NCBI GenBank assembly: GCA_963702005.1
Contig: OY969696.1
Location: 448,001 to 512,000 of the forward strand
Length of the DNA stretch: 64,000 nucleotides
DNA from: Candidatus Aminicenantes bacterium
Lineage (GTDB): Bacteria; Acidobacteriota; Aminicenantia; Aminicenantales; JAFGBC01
Direction: 5' to 3'
This document shows positions 39,707-49,936 of this stretch, one piece after another; within the stretch, counting starts at the first letter, position 1; each line of letters opens with the position of its first letter. The translations under genes and the position numbers were made by a program. A model generated the notes under the pieces. That model was not told the DNA's origin and searched no databases. It was given only the letters and a program-made list of their open reading frames with translations.

Positions 39707-39734
39707 ATTATACCAACTCGGCCCCGTTTGTCAA
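39707..39734 (-). promoter_or_regulatory. Consensus sigma70 promoter for yceD-rpmF-plsX-fab operon
   Basis: TTGACA-16 nt-TATAAT with TG extension. The -35 coincides with the end of repeat copy C. Confidence 0.75.
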
Positions 39735-39988
39735 ACCCTAAGCAAGCCCCAATCCAAGGGCTTGTAAGGAGCGGAAGCTTCTCAGAATCATTCTCATTGT
39801 AGGCGTTTGAGCGCCCGTACTCATGAGACGTTTCCGGCTCATGAGTATTGACCCTGAGCCCACTCAGCCCCATTCCTTCTAAAAGGGCTGAGTACAAAAG
39901 TGTCGCTTCTCATCCCCGGCTTGAAAGGCGGCACTCATGGAAGCCATGGGTACTGCAAGGCGGCGCCTAGCGTCGGCGAACGGGTCAA
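39730..39988 (+). repeat. Modular palindromic element, copy C
   Basis: GTCAAACCCT...ACCCTGAGCCCACTCAGCCCCATTCCTTCTAAAAGGGCTGAGTACAAAAGTGTCGCTTCTC...AGCGTCGGCGAACGGGTCAA, largely shared with copy A. Confidence 0.88.
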
Positions 39989-40065
39989 CCGCTCCGGATT
40001 CGCCTTGCAATTGCCGCCGCAAGTCGGCTAAAATAAGAGTCCGCTGAGGACAAGGGAGCGAAAAC

Positions 40066-40359
40066 GTGTTCGGTTTCAACACGAAGCTTGACTACAAAGG
40101 CGCCGACGTTCACGTCCAGACCCAGGACATGGGACCGGCCGCCCAGTATATCGAGTCCCTCATCTACGTCTCGGGGAAGCTCGCCTCCTCGCGAAAAACC
40201 TTTTACACCCATGTTCTGGGAACCCCCCAGTTCAGAGTGGTCGTCCAGCGGATCATGGAAGAGCAGCACGGGACCATCCTCCGGGAGATCTCCGAGGGAA
40301 AGCTCGATCATCTCCTGGCCCCGGACGGCAAGCCGCCCGGCCAAGGGTCGGAGGATTAG
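40066..40359 (+). CDS. Small hypothetical protein (GFNT...HVQT.D.G...IESLIY pattern)
   Basis: GTG start after AGGGAG, typical codon usage, directly upstream of polA. Confidence 0.7.
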   Translation: MFGFNTKLDYKGADVHVQTQDMGPAAQYIESLIYVSGKLASSRKTFYTHVLGTPQFRVVVQRIMEEQHGTILREISEGKLDHLLAPDGKPPGQGSED

Positions 40360-40401
40360 GGCCATTCCCGGTCTCAAGCCGGCGGCTCCGGCTTTGCTGC
40401 C

Positions 40402-43077
40402 ATGAGCCAAGATCGGCTTGTCCTCATCGACGGGAATTCCCTTCTTTATCGCTCGTTCTACGCCATCCAGCGGCTCTCGACCTCGGACGGCTTCCCGACA
40501 AACGCCATCTACGGGTTCCTGATGACTCTCCGCAAGATCATCGGGGAGGAGAGCCCCCGCTTCCTGGGAGTCGTTTTCGACACCAAGGGGCCGACCGTCC
40601 GCCATGAAGTCTACAAGGACTACAAGGCCCATCGAAAGCCCATGCCCGACGACCTCGTCCGCCAGATCCCCAAGCTCAAGGAGGTCCTGGCGGCGATGCG
40701 GATTCCGGTCCGCGAGTCCGAGGGATTCGAGGCGGACGACGTCCTGGGGACGCTGGCCGTCCAGGCCGCCCGGAAGAAGATCCCCACCGTCATCGTCTCG
40801 ACCGATAAAGACCTCCTCCAACTCGTCGGGCCTTCGGTCTCCGTCTACAACCCGTCCAAGGATGTCCGCCTCGACGAGAAGGGCGTCCGCGAGTTCTTCG
40901 GCGTCCCGCCCTCCAAGGTCGTGGACGTCCTCTCCCTCTGGGGGGATTCCTCGGACAACGTGCCCGGCGTTCCGGGGATCGGCGAGAAGACGGCCAAGCG
41001 GCTCATCGAGGAACACGGGTCGCTCGACGGACTCCTCAAGGACCTGGACAAGCTCCGGAACCTCCGCCTCAAGGACAAAATCAAGGAAAGCCTGGATCTC
41101 CTCGCAATGAGCCGCGAGCTGGTGACCCTCCGGATCGATCTCGACATTCCCCTCGACCTCGATCAATTCGCCGTCTCCGAGCCGGACGCCCGAGAGCTGT
41201 TGCGTCTATTCCGCGAGCTCGAATTCACGTCTCTGGCCTCCGAATACGGCAAGGACCTCGAGAAGCGCGAAGCGCGCTACACGACCATCCTGGACAGGAA
41301 AGAGCTCGAGAGGCTCGTCGCTCGGATCAGAAAAACGGAGACGGTCTCGATCGACACCGAGACCGACAGTCCCGTCCCCACCCAGGCTAAGCTCGTCGGG
41401 ATCTCGTTCGCGCTCGAGCCGGACGAAGCCTTCTATCTCCCGCTCGGACACGACTACGCGGGCGCCCCCGCCCAAATCGCCAAGCCGGCCGCCCTCGCCG
41501 CCCTGCGCGGCGTCCTCGAGGACCCGGCCGTCCGGAAGATCGGCCAGAACATCAAGTACGACGCCATCGTGCTGGCCGGAGACGGGGTCGAACTTGAAGG
41601 GATCGAAGGCGATACGATGGTCCTCTCCTATCTCCTGGAGCCCAACTGGGGCAAGCACAACTTGGAACGGCTCGCCGCCCATTATCTCCAGGAGCGAAAA
41701 ACGCGCTATCAAGAAGTCGCCGGCAAGGGGAAATCCGCGACGACGCTGGATAAAGTCCCGGTCGAGGCCGTCACGGCTTATTCCTGCCAGGACGCGGACA
41801 TCGCCCTCCGCTTGAGGGACGTCCTCTGGCCCCGGATCGAGGCCAAGAAGCTCGACCGGCTCTACAACGATATCGAAAAGCCCTTGATCCGGATCCTGGC
41901 CGACATGGAGTTGGCCGGCGTCAAGGTCGACGGCCGCGCCTTGAAGGCGCTCTCCAAGGAGCTCGGCAAGGATCTGGACCGGCTGACGGCCCGGATCCAC
42001 GAGCTGGCCGGCGTCGTCTTCAACATCAACTCGCCCCGGCAGCTGGGCGAGATCCTTTTCAGCAAGCTCGCCTTGCCCCCCTCGCGGAAGACCAAGGCGA
42101 CCAAGAGCTTCTCGACGTCCCTGGAGACGCTCCAGGAGCTCGCCCCCCTCCATCCGCTCGTCGGACAGGTCCTCGAGTACCGGCAGCTCGCCAAGCTCAA
42201 ATCGACCTATGCCGACGCCCTGACCGAACTCGTCAACCCCCGGACGGGGCGGATCCACACCTCCTACAACCAGACCGTCACGGCCACCGGCCGGCTGTCG
42301 TCGAGCGATCCCAACCTCCAGAACATTCCGATTCGGGGCGAGATGGGGCGGCGCTTCCGCCAAGCCTTCATCGCCGAGAAGGGGCATCTCCTTCTCGCCG
42401 CCGACTATTCCCAGATCGAGCTCCGGGTGCTCGCGCATCTCTCCCGGGACCCGGCCCTGGTCGAGATCTTCCTCAAGGACCGCGACATCCACGCGGAAAC
42501 GGCCAAACGGGTGTTCGGAGACGAGGCCTCCCTCTTCTCCGACGACATGCGGCGCCGGGCCAAAGTCATCAACTTCAGCATCATCTACGGCGCGGGAGCG
42601 TTCTCGATGGCCCGCGAGCTGGGGACCACCCCCGCCGAAGCCCAAAAATTCATAGACCGCTACTTCGAGGAATATCCCGGCGTCCGGGATTTTCTGGAGA
42701 CCATGGTCCGCGAGGCCGAAGAACGCGGCTATTCCGAGACCCTCTTCGGACGGCAGCGCCAGATTCCGGAGCTGCGTCAGGACAACAAGATCGCCCAGCA
42801 GGCCGGCCGCCGGATCGCCCTCAACACTCCCATCCAGGGGACGGCCGCCGACCTCATGAAAAAGGCCATGGTCGAAATCTGGCGCGCCCTCCGCAAGAAA
42901 AAACTCCGGTCACGGATGATCCTTCAGGTCCACGACGAGCTCGTCTTCGAGGTCCCCGAGGAGGAGCGGACGGCTATCGAGTCTTTGGTGCGGGAGCGGA
43001 TGGAAAACGTCCTCCCTCTCGCCGTCCCCCTCAAGGTCCACCTCGGCTGGGGCTCTCACTGGGACGAAGCTAAGTAG
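40402..43077 (+). CDS. polA: DNA polymerase I
   Basis: LIDGNS, EADD, DTET, DYSQIELR, AKVINFSIIYG and QVHDEL motifs. Confidence 0.98.
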   Translation: MSQDRLVLIDGNSLLYRSFYAIQRLSTSDGFPTNAIYGFLMTLRKIIGEESPRFLGVVFDTKGPTVRHEVYKDYKAHRKPMPDDLVRQIPKLKEVLAAMRIPVRESEGFEADDVLGTLAVQAARKKIPTVIVSTDKDLLQLVGPSVSVYNPSKDVRLDEKGVREFFGVPPSKVVDVLSLWGDSSDNVPGVPGIGEKTAKRLIEEHGSLDGLLKDLDKLRNLRLKDKIKESLDLLAMSRELVTLRIDLDIPLDLDQFAVSEPDARELLRLFRELEFTSLASEYGKDLEKREARYTTILDRKELERLVARIRKTETVSIDTETDSPVPTQAKLVGISFALEPDEAFYLPLGHDYAGAPAQIAKPAALAALRGVLEDPAVRKIGQNIKYDAIVLAGDGVELEGIEGDTMVLSYLLEPNWGKHNLERLAAHYLQERKTRYQEVAGKGKSATTLDKVPVEAVTAYSCQDADIALRLRDVLWPRIEAKKLDRLYNDIEKPLIRILADMELAGVKVDGRALKALSKELGKDLDRLTARIHELAGVVFNINSPRQLGEILFSKLALPPSRKTKATKSFSTSLETLQELAPLHPLVGQVLEYRQLAKLKSTYADALTELVNPRTGRIHTSYNQTVTATGRLSSSDPNLQNIPIRGEMGRRFRQAFIAEKGHLLLAADYSQIELRVLAHLSRDPALVEIFLKDRDIHAETAKRVFGDEASLFSDDMRRRAKVINFSIIYGAGAFSMARELGTTPAEAQKFIDRYFEEYPGVRDFLETMVREAEERGYSETLFGRQRQIPELRQDNKIAQQAGRRIALNTPIQGTAADLMKKAMVEIWRALRKKKLRSRMILQVHDELVFEVPEEERTAIESLVRERMENVLPLAVPLKVHLGWGSHWDEAK

Positions 43078-43093
43078 CGGCCGGACTCGAGTC

Positions 43094-44218
43094 TCAGAGG
43101 GATTTCTGGAAGACCCGGTATTTTTTGTAGACCTGCCCGCCCATACGTTCCATCTCGGCCCGGACCTTGACGTTGGTTTCCATCTCGTGATGCGTGTCCA
43201 TGATCTCGAAGCCCGCTTCCTGGGCCGACTGGATCATCTTGACCCCCATCATGACATCCAAGCCGCGGCCCCGGTATTTTTCCCGGATGGCACCCAGCAG
43301 GAGGTCAAGCTGTTTGGTCGTCTTGGCGGACCGGAGGATCTTGAGGAACCCGAACGGGAAGAGGCGGCCCCGCGCCCTCTGGATTCCCTCAGACATGTCG
43401 GGGATGCCGATGACGAAGGAGACCAGCTCGCCGTCCTTGAGGACGACCTTGATGAAATGGGGATTGATGACGGGCATGTAGCGTTTGGCCAGCTCGTCCA
43501 TTTCCTTCTCGCTGAGGGGGGCGTAGCCGTAGATGTTCCCGGCCGCGTAGACCTCGTTCATGAGGCTTAGGATGGGCCGGACCCAGCGTTTCAGCTCCTT
43601 TTTGGACCGGAATTCGACAACCTCGAATTGCCCCTTGCGCTTGGCCCGTTCGAAAATCTTGGTGTAGAACTCGGGCATCACCTTGGGAACGTCGAGCTTG
43701 TAAACATAATAATCGATGTCCTTGGTGTAGCCTTCCCGTTCGATCATCCCCGGCATCCACTCGAAGTTGAAGTAGGTCGCGATCGTCGCCCGGTTTTCGA
43801 ACCCCTGGATCATGAAGCCCTCGGGGTCCTGGTCCGAGAATCCATAGGGGCCGACGATCCGGGTCATGCCCTTCGCGCGGGACCAGTCCTCGACGCGGGC
43901 CAGCAGGGCATGGACGACGGCCTGGTCTTCGGGCGTCTCGAGATACCCGAAGCGGGCCGTCCGCTCCTCCCGGTGCTCATTGTAGCGGGGGTTGATGATC
44001 CCCATGGCCCGGCCGACCGGGCGACCGTCCCGCTCGGCCAGGAGGCGGATGGTATCGCAATAGGAGAAGGACTCGTTCTTCCCGGGATCGAAGTACTTCC
44101 ACTCGTCCATATAGATGGGGTGGACCCAGTTCGCGTGCCCCCGGTGGAGGCGCTCCGGGAGGTTGATGAAGGCCTTGAGGTCCTTTTTCGTCGCGACATC
44201 CCTAACCGTTATGCTCAT
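43094..44218 (-). CDS. GNAT-like acyltransferase (YghO-like)
   Basis: LKAFINLP..L, GRA..IIN..YNE, ARFGYLE, YRGRGLD and ETN motifs. GGAGG SD. Confidence 0.72.
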   Translation of the reverse strand: MSITVRDVATKKDLKAFINLPERLHRGHANWVHPIYMDEWKYFDPGKNESFSYCDTIRLLAERDGRPVGRAMGIINPRYNEHREERTARFGYLETPEDQAVVHALLARVEDWSRAKGMTRIVGPYGFSDQDPEGFMIQGFENRATIATYFNFEWMPGMIEREGYTKDIDYYVYKLDVPKVMPEFYTKIFERAKRKGQFEVVEFRSKKELKRWVRPILSLMNEVYAAGNIYGYAPLSEKEMDELAKRYMPVINPHFIKVVLKDGELVSFVIGIPDMSEGIQRARGRLFPFGFLKILRSAKTTKQLDLLLGAIREKYRGRGLDVMMGVKMIQSAQEAGFEIMDTHHEMETNVKVRAEMERMGGQVYKKYRVFQKSL

Positions 44219-44318
44219 GGTTGCCGCCTCCCTCATTCCTGATCGTCCGTTCATTTCTTTATCCTATATTGCGGGGAAAAAATCAACCGAAAAAAGGGCC
44301 GGAACGGTGGCGTTTAAT

Positions 44319-44347
44319 TTGACTTTTGGGGGGGGCGTCAATATACT
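44319..44347 (+). promoter_or_regulatory. Sigma70 promoter for the hydrogenase operon
   Basis: TTGACT-17 nt-TATACT, 10 nt before ATG 44358. The spacer contains a G8 tract. Confidence 0.7.
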
Positions 44348-44357
44348 TTATCCTCCC

Positions 44358-45788
44358 ATGAGCCAAGAAACCATAACCCTCCTCACGATTTTCGTCCCCA
44401 TCATCGGGTCTTTCACGATCCCCGCAGCCAGCCTCATCTCCAAGCCCTTTCGCTCCCTGTGGTCGGTCCTGCTCGGCGCCGCGACGGCGCTCCTGCCGCT
44501 GATGCTCATACCTTTCGCCCTGACGGGCGGCGAGCTCGTCATCCGCAAGGACCTCTTCCTGGGCCTCGACTTCGTCCTCGTCGTCGATCCCCTGTCCGTG
44601 TTCATGGCCATCGTCTCCTCGACGGTCGGCTGCCTCATCGTCATTTACTCGATCGGCTATATTCATCACGACGAGAACCAGAACGAGTACTACCTCATGG
44701 TCCTCCTCTTCATCGGGTCGATGATGGGTCTCGTCTTTTCCGGCAATCTCATTTTCATGTACCTATTCTGGGAGATCATCGCCATCTGCTGCTGGCGGCT
44801 TATCGGTTTCTACCGGCTCCGGGAATTCGTCCGCAAGGCCGACAAGGCGTTCCTGGTGACCTTTTTCGGGGCCGTCGTCATGCTCCTCGGCTTCATTCAG
44901 ATCTACAACCAGACCCATTCCTTCGACTTGACTCAGATGCGGGGGACTCTGATCCCCGGGAGCGCCGTCCTCCTGATCCTGTTCGGCATGTTCTCGAAGT
45001 CGGCCACCGTCCCTCTCCACACCTGGCTCCCCGACGCCGGCGTCGCGCCGACGACGGTTACGGCCCTCCTTCACGCGGCCGTCCTGGTCAAGATCGGCGT
45101 CTACGCCTACGCCCGGCTGTTCCTGGCGACCTTCCAGATCCCGCCCGTCTGGCAGCAGATCATCCCGATCTTGGCCGTCGTCTCCAGCCTGGTCGCCGCC
45201 GGGGCGGCCGCCGTCGAGAACGACTTCAAACGCCTGCTGGCCTATTCGACGATCAGCCAGATCGGATACATTTTCCTCGGCTTCAGCGTCGCCAACCAGG
45301 CGGGGATCTCCGGGTCCCTGCTCTTCATTCTTATGCACGGCCTGGCCAAGGCCGGGCTCTTCCTCTGCGCCGGGATCGTCATCCACGCCACCCACACCAA
45401 AGACATCCGCGAAATGGGCGGCCTGATCAAGACTATGCCCCTGACGGCCATGGCCTTCCTGTTTTGCGCTTTCTCGGTCATCGGCATCCCGCCCTTCGGC
45501 GGATTCTTCTCCAAGTTCCTGGTCATTATGGGCACGGTTAAGGCCGGCCAGGTCTGGCTGGCGGCCGTCGCCCTGTTCACGGCGGTCCTGACGATGTACT
45601 ACCTCCTCAAGGCCTTCAGCCTCGTCTTCCTGGGAGAAGCCAAGAGGCCGGCCCCGGAGAAAACGTTTTCAATGGTCGCGGTCGTCACGGTCCTGGCCGT
45701 CGCCTCGATCCTGGCAGGGATCTTCGTGTCCTATCCCATGAAATTCGTCAATATCGCCACATCCCAAATCAGCTGGTGGTACCGATGA
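44358..45788 (+). CDS. Antiporter-like membrane subunit 1 (NuoL/MrpA-like) of a group 4 hydrogenase
   Basis: FWE, KSATVPLHTWLPDA..APT, LHAA, LLAYSTISQIG and GFFSK motifs. Confidence 0.9.
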   Translation: MSQETITLLTIFVPIIGSFTIPAASLISKPFRSLWSVLLGAATALLPLMLIPFALTGGELVIRKDLFLGLDFVLVVDPLSVFMAIVSSTVGCLIVIYSIGYIHHDENQNEYYLMVLLFIGSMMGLVFSGNLIFMYLFWEIIAICCWRLIGFYRLREFVRKADKAFLVTFFGAVVMLLGFIQIYNQTHSFDLTQMRGTLIPGSAVLLILFGMFSKSATVPLHTWLPDAGVAPTTVTALLHAAVLVKIGVYAYARLFLATFQIPPVWQQIIPILAVVSSLVAAGAAAVENDFKRLLAYSTISQIGYIFLGFSVANQAGISGSLLFILMHGLAKAGLFLCAGIVIHATHTKDIREMGGLIKTMPLTAMAFLFCAFSVIGIPPFGGFFSKFLVIMGTVKAGQVWLAAVALFTAVLTMYYLLKAFSLVFLGEAKRPAPEKTFSMVAVVTVLAVASILAGIFVSYPMKFVNIATSQISWWYR

Positions 45789-47650
45789 GCCCCAACATGC
45801 TTCTGGTCCCCATCCTCGTTCCGGCGGGGCTGGCCGCCCTGTTATTCCTGCTGCCGAAGCGCATCCGCCTCGTCCGGGAAGTCCTGAGTGTCGCGGGTTC
45901 CCTGGCCCTCCTCTATCTCGCCTTCGTCCTGTTCGGCGTCAAGACGCTGGAGCTGAAGCTCGCCTGGCTCGGGATGGGCATCGACTTCGACCTCCGGCTC
46001 TTCCATTTTTCGAGCTTTATCCTGCTCGGCCTGGCCGGATTCCTGTTCCTGATCAGCCTCTACTCGACGGTCAAGATGAAGGACACCCCCCGGGTCCGGG
46101 AATACTACGCCTACGTCTTTCTGTCGGCGGCCCTGGCCAACGGCGCCGTCCTTTCCAATAACTTCGTCCCTCTCGTTTTCTTCTGGGAGGGCCTCCTGTT
46201 AACCCTCTACGGGCTCATCAGCCTCGGGGGCAAGGAGGCCAACCGGACGGCCGTCAAAGCCTTCATTATCAGCGGGTTCTGCGACTTCGCCATGATCCTG
46301 GGGATCGGACTGCTCTGGTCGATCACGGGGACGCTGACCCTGTCCGAGATCTCGGTCAAGCCCGAGGGCTTGGCCGCCGCGAGCTTCATCCTGATGATGA
46401 TCGGCGCCATCGGCAAAGCGGGGGCCATGCCCTTCCACACCTGGATCCCCGATGCGGCCATCGACGCGCCGGTGAGCTTCATGGCCTTCATGCCGGCCGC
46501 CTTCGAGAAGCTCCTGGGGATCTACCTCCTGGCCCGGATCACCCTGGACCTCTTCCGGCTCGAAGCGCGGACGACGATGTCGATCGTCCTGATGACCATC
46601 GGCGCCCTGACCATCGTCCTGGCCGTCCTAATGGCCCTCATCCAGAAGGATTTAAAAAAGCTCCTCTCCTTCCACGCCGTATCTCAGGTCGGTTACATGA
46701 TCCTGGGAATCGGGACCGGGATTCCGGTCGGCATCGCCGGCGGGATCTTCCATATGATCAACCACGCCATGTACAAGTGCGGCCTGTTCCTGAGCGCGGG
46801 CTCGGTCGAACACCGGGCCGGCACGACCGAGCTCAAGAAATTGGGCGGCCTGGCCCGCGAGATGCCGCTGACGGCGGCCGGGTTCACCGTCTGCGCCCTG
46901 GCCATCTCCGGGGTCTGGCCCCTCAACGGGTTCGTCTCTAAAGAGATGGTCTTTCACGGCGCCCTGGAAACGGGTTATAAAGTTTTCGCGGTCGCGGCCT
47001 GGGTCGGGGCCATCTTCACCTTCGCCTCCTTCCTCAAGGCCGGCCATTCCGTCTTCTTCGGGGACCGTTCCCAAGACGTCCCCAAGGTCAAGGAGAGCCC
47101 GAGTCCCATCGTCATCCCCATCCTCATCCTGGCCCTGCTGTGCATCACGTTCGGCGTTTATAACAAACTCCCGCTGACCCAGTTCATCCAACCCATTCTG
47201 ACCGGCCACGCCGAGGCCGGCGCCCACCTCGATTTCACGGCCCACGCCCTGAGCTTGCTGAACCCCGTCGCGGGAATTTCCATCCTCTGCCTGATCATCG
47301 CCCTCGGGCTCCATCTTTACGGGTGGAACCGGGCCGGAAAGAAGGCCTATCTGGCTTCGGAGCCCGTCCATACCCTGCCGGTCCTCCACCGCCTCTACGA
47401 CTTGTCTGAAGCGCGCTTCTTCGACCTCTACGAGCAGGGGGTGAAATTCCTGAAAGGCCTGTCCCGGCTCCTGGTCCGGGCCGTCGATCGGCCCATTGAC
47501 TTCTTCTTCGAGAAGATCGTGACCGCCGTGGGCATCCGGTTGACGAGCCTCTTCCAGAAAGCCCACAACGGTCAATACGCGAACTACCTGGCCTGGTGCC
47601 TGGCCGGGCTCCTGGCGATCGTGGGGATCGTCAGCCTGGTCGTCAAATAG
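45785..47650 (+). CDS. Antiporter-like membrane subunit 2 (NuoL/MrpA/D-like, long C-terminus)
   Basis: FWE, KAGAMPFHTWIPDA, SQVGY and NGFVSKE motifs. Confidence 0.9.
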   Translation: MSPNMLLVPILVPAGLAALLFLLPKRIRLVREVLSVAGSLALLYLAFVLFGVKTLELKLAWLGMGIDFDLRLFHFSSFILLGLAGFLFLISLYSTVKMKDTPRVREYYAYVFLSAALANGAVLSNNFVPLVFFWEGLLLTLYGLISLGGKEANRTAVKAFIISGFCDFAMILGIGLLWSITGTLTLSEISVKPEGLAAASFILMMIGAIGKAGAMPFHTWIPDAAIDAPVSFMAFMPAAFEKLLGIYLLARITLDLFRLEARTTMSIVLMTIGALTIVLAVLMALIQKDLKKLLSFHAVSQVGYMILGIGTGIPVGIAGGIFHMINHAMYKCGLFLSAGSVEHRAGTTELKKLGGLAREMPLTAAGFTVCALAISGVWPLNGFVSKEMVFHGALETGYKVFAVAAWVGAIFTFASFLKAGHSVFFGDRSQDVPKVKESPSPIVIPILILALLCITFGVYNKLPLTQFIQPILTGHAEAGAHLDFTAHALSLLNPVAGISILCLIIALGLHLYGWNRAGKKAYLASEPVHTLPVLHRLYDLSEARFFDLYEQGVKFLKGLSRLLVRAVDRPIDFFFEKIVTAVGIRLTSLFQKAHNGQYANYLAWCLAGLLAIVGIVSLVVK

Positions 47651-47661
47651 AGGAGGCCCCT

Positions 47662-49140
47662 TTGCTATTTTTGTTCGTCGCCGTCCCGCTCGCCGTCGCC
47701 GGGGTGCTGCCGCTGCTGGGGAAGCTCTCCAAGCGGGTTCTCCCCGACATCCTTTCCAACCTGACCTTTCTCTTCCTGCTCGTCTACGCCGTCACGGCCG
47801 GACGGCAGATCATCGCCGGCGGCCCGGTCAGCCAACAGGTTCTCTGGTTCGGCGAGCCCGTAAACATTCAGATGGGGCTCGACGGGTTCGCCCTGTTCAT
47901 GCTGATGGCCATCGCCCTGGTCAGTCTCTGCGCGGGGATCTTTTCGATCGACTACATGGAGCACCACGGCGCCAAGGCCAACTTCTACGCTTTGTTCCTG
48001 ATCATGGTCGCCGGGATGAACGGCCTCGTCCTGTCCACGGACTTGTTCCAGGTCTACCTGTTCCTCGAGGTCGCGGCCGTCGCTTCCTACGCCTTGGTCG
48101 CCTACGGCCTGGGCTACGACGAACTCGAGGCGTCCTTCAAGTACCTCCTCCTTTCCGTCGTCGCCTCCGCCTTTGTCCTGATCGGCGTCACGGTCCTGTT
48201 CGGGCTGACCGGCAGCCTGGGCTTCGAGGCCGTCGGCCGCGGACTCCAGGCCCTTCAGGCCGGCCCGACGGTCGCGCTCTGCGCGGCCTTGTTCATCGCC
48301 GGGTTCGGCCTCAAGGCGGCGCTCATCCCCTTCCACGCCTGGCTTCCCGACGCCCACCCCTCGGCCCCGGCTCCGATCTCGGCCATGCTGTCCGGCCTCT
48401 TGATCAAGGTCTCCGGGATCTACGCAATGACCCGGATCTTCTTCTCCGTATTCGGCATGACCCCGCTCCTGTCCCGACTCCTGATGGGCCTGGGCGTCAT
48501 CTCTATCGTCGTCGCCGCCCTCCTGGCCTTGGGGCAGAAGGACATCAAGCGGATGCTGGCCTATTCCTCGATCAGCCAGGTCGGCTACATCATCCTGGGC
48601 ATCGGATTGGGAACCCCGCTCGGGATCCTGGGCGGCCTTTTCCACCTCTTCAACCATGCCCTGGCCAAGGGGCTCCTGTTCTTGACCTCCGGCTCCGTCC
48701 AGATGGCGACCGGCACGCGGAACCTCGACGAGATGGGCGGCCTGGCCAAGCGGATGCCGTTGACCGCCGCCACGAACCTGGTCGGATCGCTGTCGATCGC
48801 GGGCGTTCCGCCCTTGGGGGGGTTCTGGAGCAAGCTCATCATCATCATGGCCCTCGTCCAGGCCGGCCGCTGGTCCTTGGCCGTCGTCGCCGTCTTGGCC
48901 AGCGTCCTGACCCTCTGGTATTACCTCCTCATCCAGCGCAAGGCCTTCTTCGGAAAGCTCGAAGAGCGCTGGAAGGATATCCGCGAAGCGCCGCTGTGGA
49001 TGTCGGCCGCGACCGTCGTCCTGGCCCTCCTCTGCATCGGCGTCGGCATCTTCTTTGCCGCCGTCCTCAAGTTCTGGATTCAGCCGGCCGCGAACGTCCT
49101 GGCCCAGGGCGTTTCCGCCATGCTCTCGTGGGGAAGGTAA
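47662..49140 (+). CDS. Antiporter-like membrane subunit 3 (MrpD/NuoN-like)
   Basis: EASFKY, PFHAWLPDAHPSAP, KRMLAYSS and GFWSK motifs. TTG start after AGGAGG. Confidence 0.9.
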   Translation: MLFLFVAVPLAVAGVLPLLGKLSKRVLPDILSNLTFLFLLVYAVTAGRQIIAGGPVSQQVLWFGEPVNIQMGLDGFALFMLMAIALVSLCAGIFSIDYMEHHGAKANFYALFLIMVAGMNGLVLSTDLFQVYLFLEVAAVASYALVAYGLGYDELEASFKYLLLSVVASAFVLIGVTVLFGLTGSLGFEAVGRGLQALQAGPTVALCAALFIAGFGLKAALIPFHAWLPDAHPSAPAPISAMLSGLLIKVSGIYAMTRIFFSVFGMTPLLSRLLMGLGVISIVVAALLALGQKDIKRMLAYSSISQVGYIILGIGLGTPLGILGGLFHLFNHALAKGLLFLTSGSVQMATGTRNLDEMGGLAKRMPLTAATNLVGSLSIAGVPPLGGFWSKLIIIMALVQAGRWSLAVVAVLASVLTLWYYLLIQRKAFFGKLEERWKDIREAPLWMSAATVVLALLCIGVGIFFAAVLKFWIQPAANVLAQGVSAMLSWGR

Positions 49141-49143
49141 GAC

Positions 49144-49632
49144 ATGACCGTCCAAATCCTGCTGCTCATCGGCTTGGTCCTGTTCGCCGTCGCGGCCGTC
49201 CTTGTCAAGGACCTCATCAAAGCCGCCATCTGCCTGGCCGCGGCCAGCCTCCTGCTCGGAATCCTTTTCTTCCGGCTGGGCGCTCCTTACGCCGGCGCCT
49301 TTGAGATTTCGGTCGTGGCCGGCTTGATCACGGTCTTGTTCATGCTGACGATCGCTCTAACCAAGACGGGCGGCGACGTCACCGAGTCGAAGCTGGCGAC
49401 GGTGGCCTTCCCGCTTTTCTTCGTCCTCTTCCTGGCCGTGGACGTCCTGGTCACCAGGAGCCTGGTCCGGAAGATCGTGGCGCTTCCGGCGGCGCCCGAG
49501 GCCGGCGCCTTCGGCGAAGTTCTCTGGAAGCAGAGGACCCTGGACCTGGTCGGTCAGGTCTGCATCATCTTCGCCGGCGTCCTGGCCGTCCTGGCCCTGT
49601 TTCGCAAGAGGAGCAAAGACAACGATGACTAG
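49144..49632 (+). CDS. NuoJ-like membrane subunit
   Basis: Five hydrophobic segments, LGAP....FEISV.AGL and FGEVLW..R..DL patterns, operon position. Confidence 0.75.
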   Translation: MTVQILLLIGLVLFAVAAVLVKDLIKAAICLAAASLLLGILFFRLGAPYAGAFEISVVAGLITVLFMLTIALTKTGGDVTESKLATVAFPLFFVLFLAVDVLVTRSLVRKIVALPAAPEAGAFGEVLWKQRTLDLVGQVCIIFAGVLAVLALFRKRSKDNDD

Positions 49633-49933
49633 CACCTGGACCCCCTATCTGTTCGTCGCCGCCGGCCTGCTGTTCATCGGAATCTATTGCCTTCTGGCGA
49701 TGCGGAACCTCATCAAGCTCTTCATCGGCGTCGAGATCATCAGCAAGGCCGTCAGCCTCATCATCGTCGCCACCGGCTTCGCCAAAAAGAACATCCTGAT
49801 CGCCCAGAGCCTGGTCGTGACCTTCATCGTCGTCGAGGTCAGCCTGGTCGCGACGGCCCTGGCCATCATCGTCAACCTCTACCGCCACACAAAAAGCCTG
49901 GACATCCGGAAGCTCTCCAGATTGAAAGGGTAA
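49625..49933 (+). CDS. NuoK/MrpC-like membrane subunit
   Basis: IGIYCLL..RNLIKL.IGVEI and SLDI..L..LKG patterns. Confidence 0.85.
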   Translation: MTSTWTPYLFVAAGLLFIGIYCLLAMRNLIKLFIGVEIISKAVSLIIVATGFAKKNILIAQSLVVTFIVVEVSLVATALAIIVNLYRHTKSLDIRKLSRLKG

Positions 49934-49936
49934 GCC

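Noticed and set aside
7592-39988. Repeats as a CRISPR array
   Set aside because: The copies are dispersed by 12-20 kb, have no regular repeat-spacer period, and no cas genes are present.
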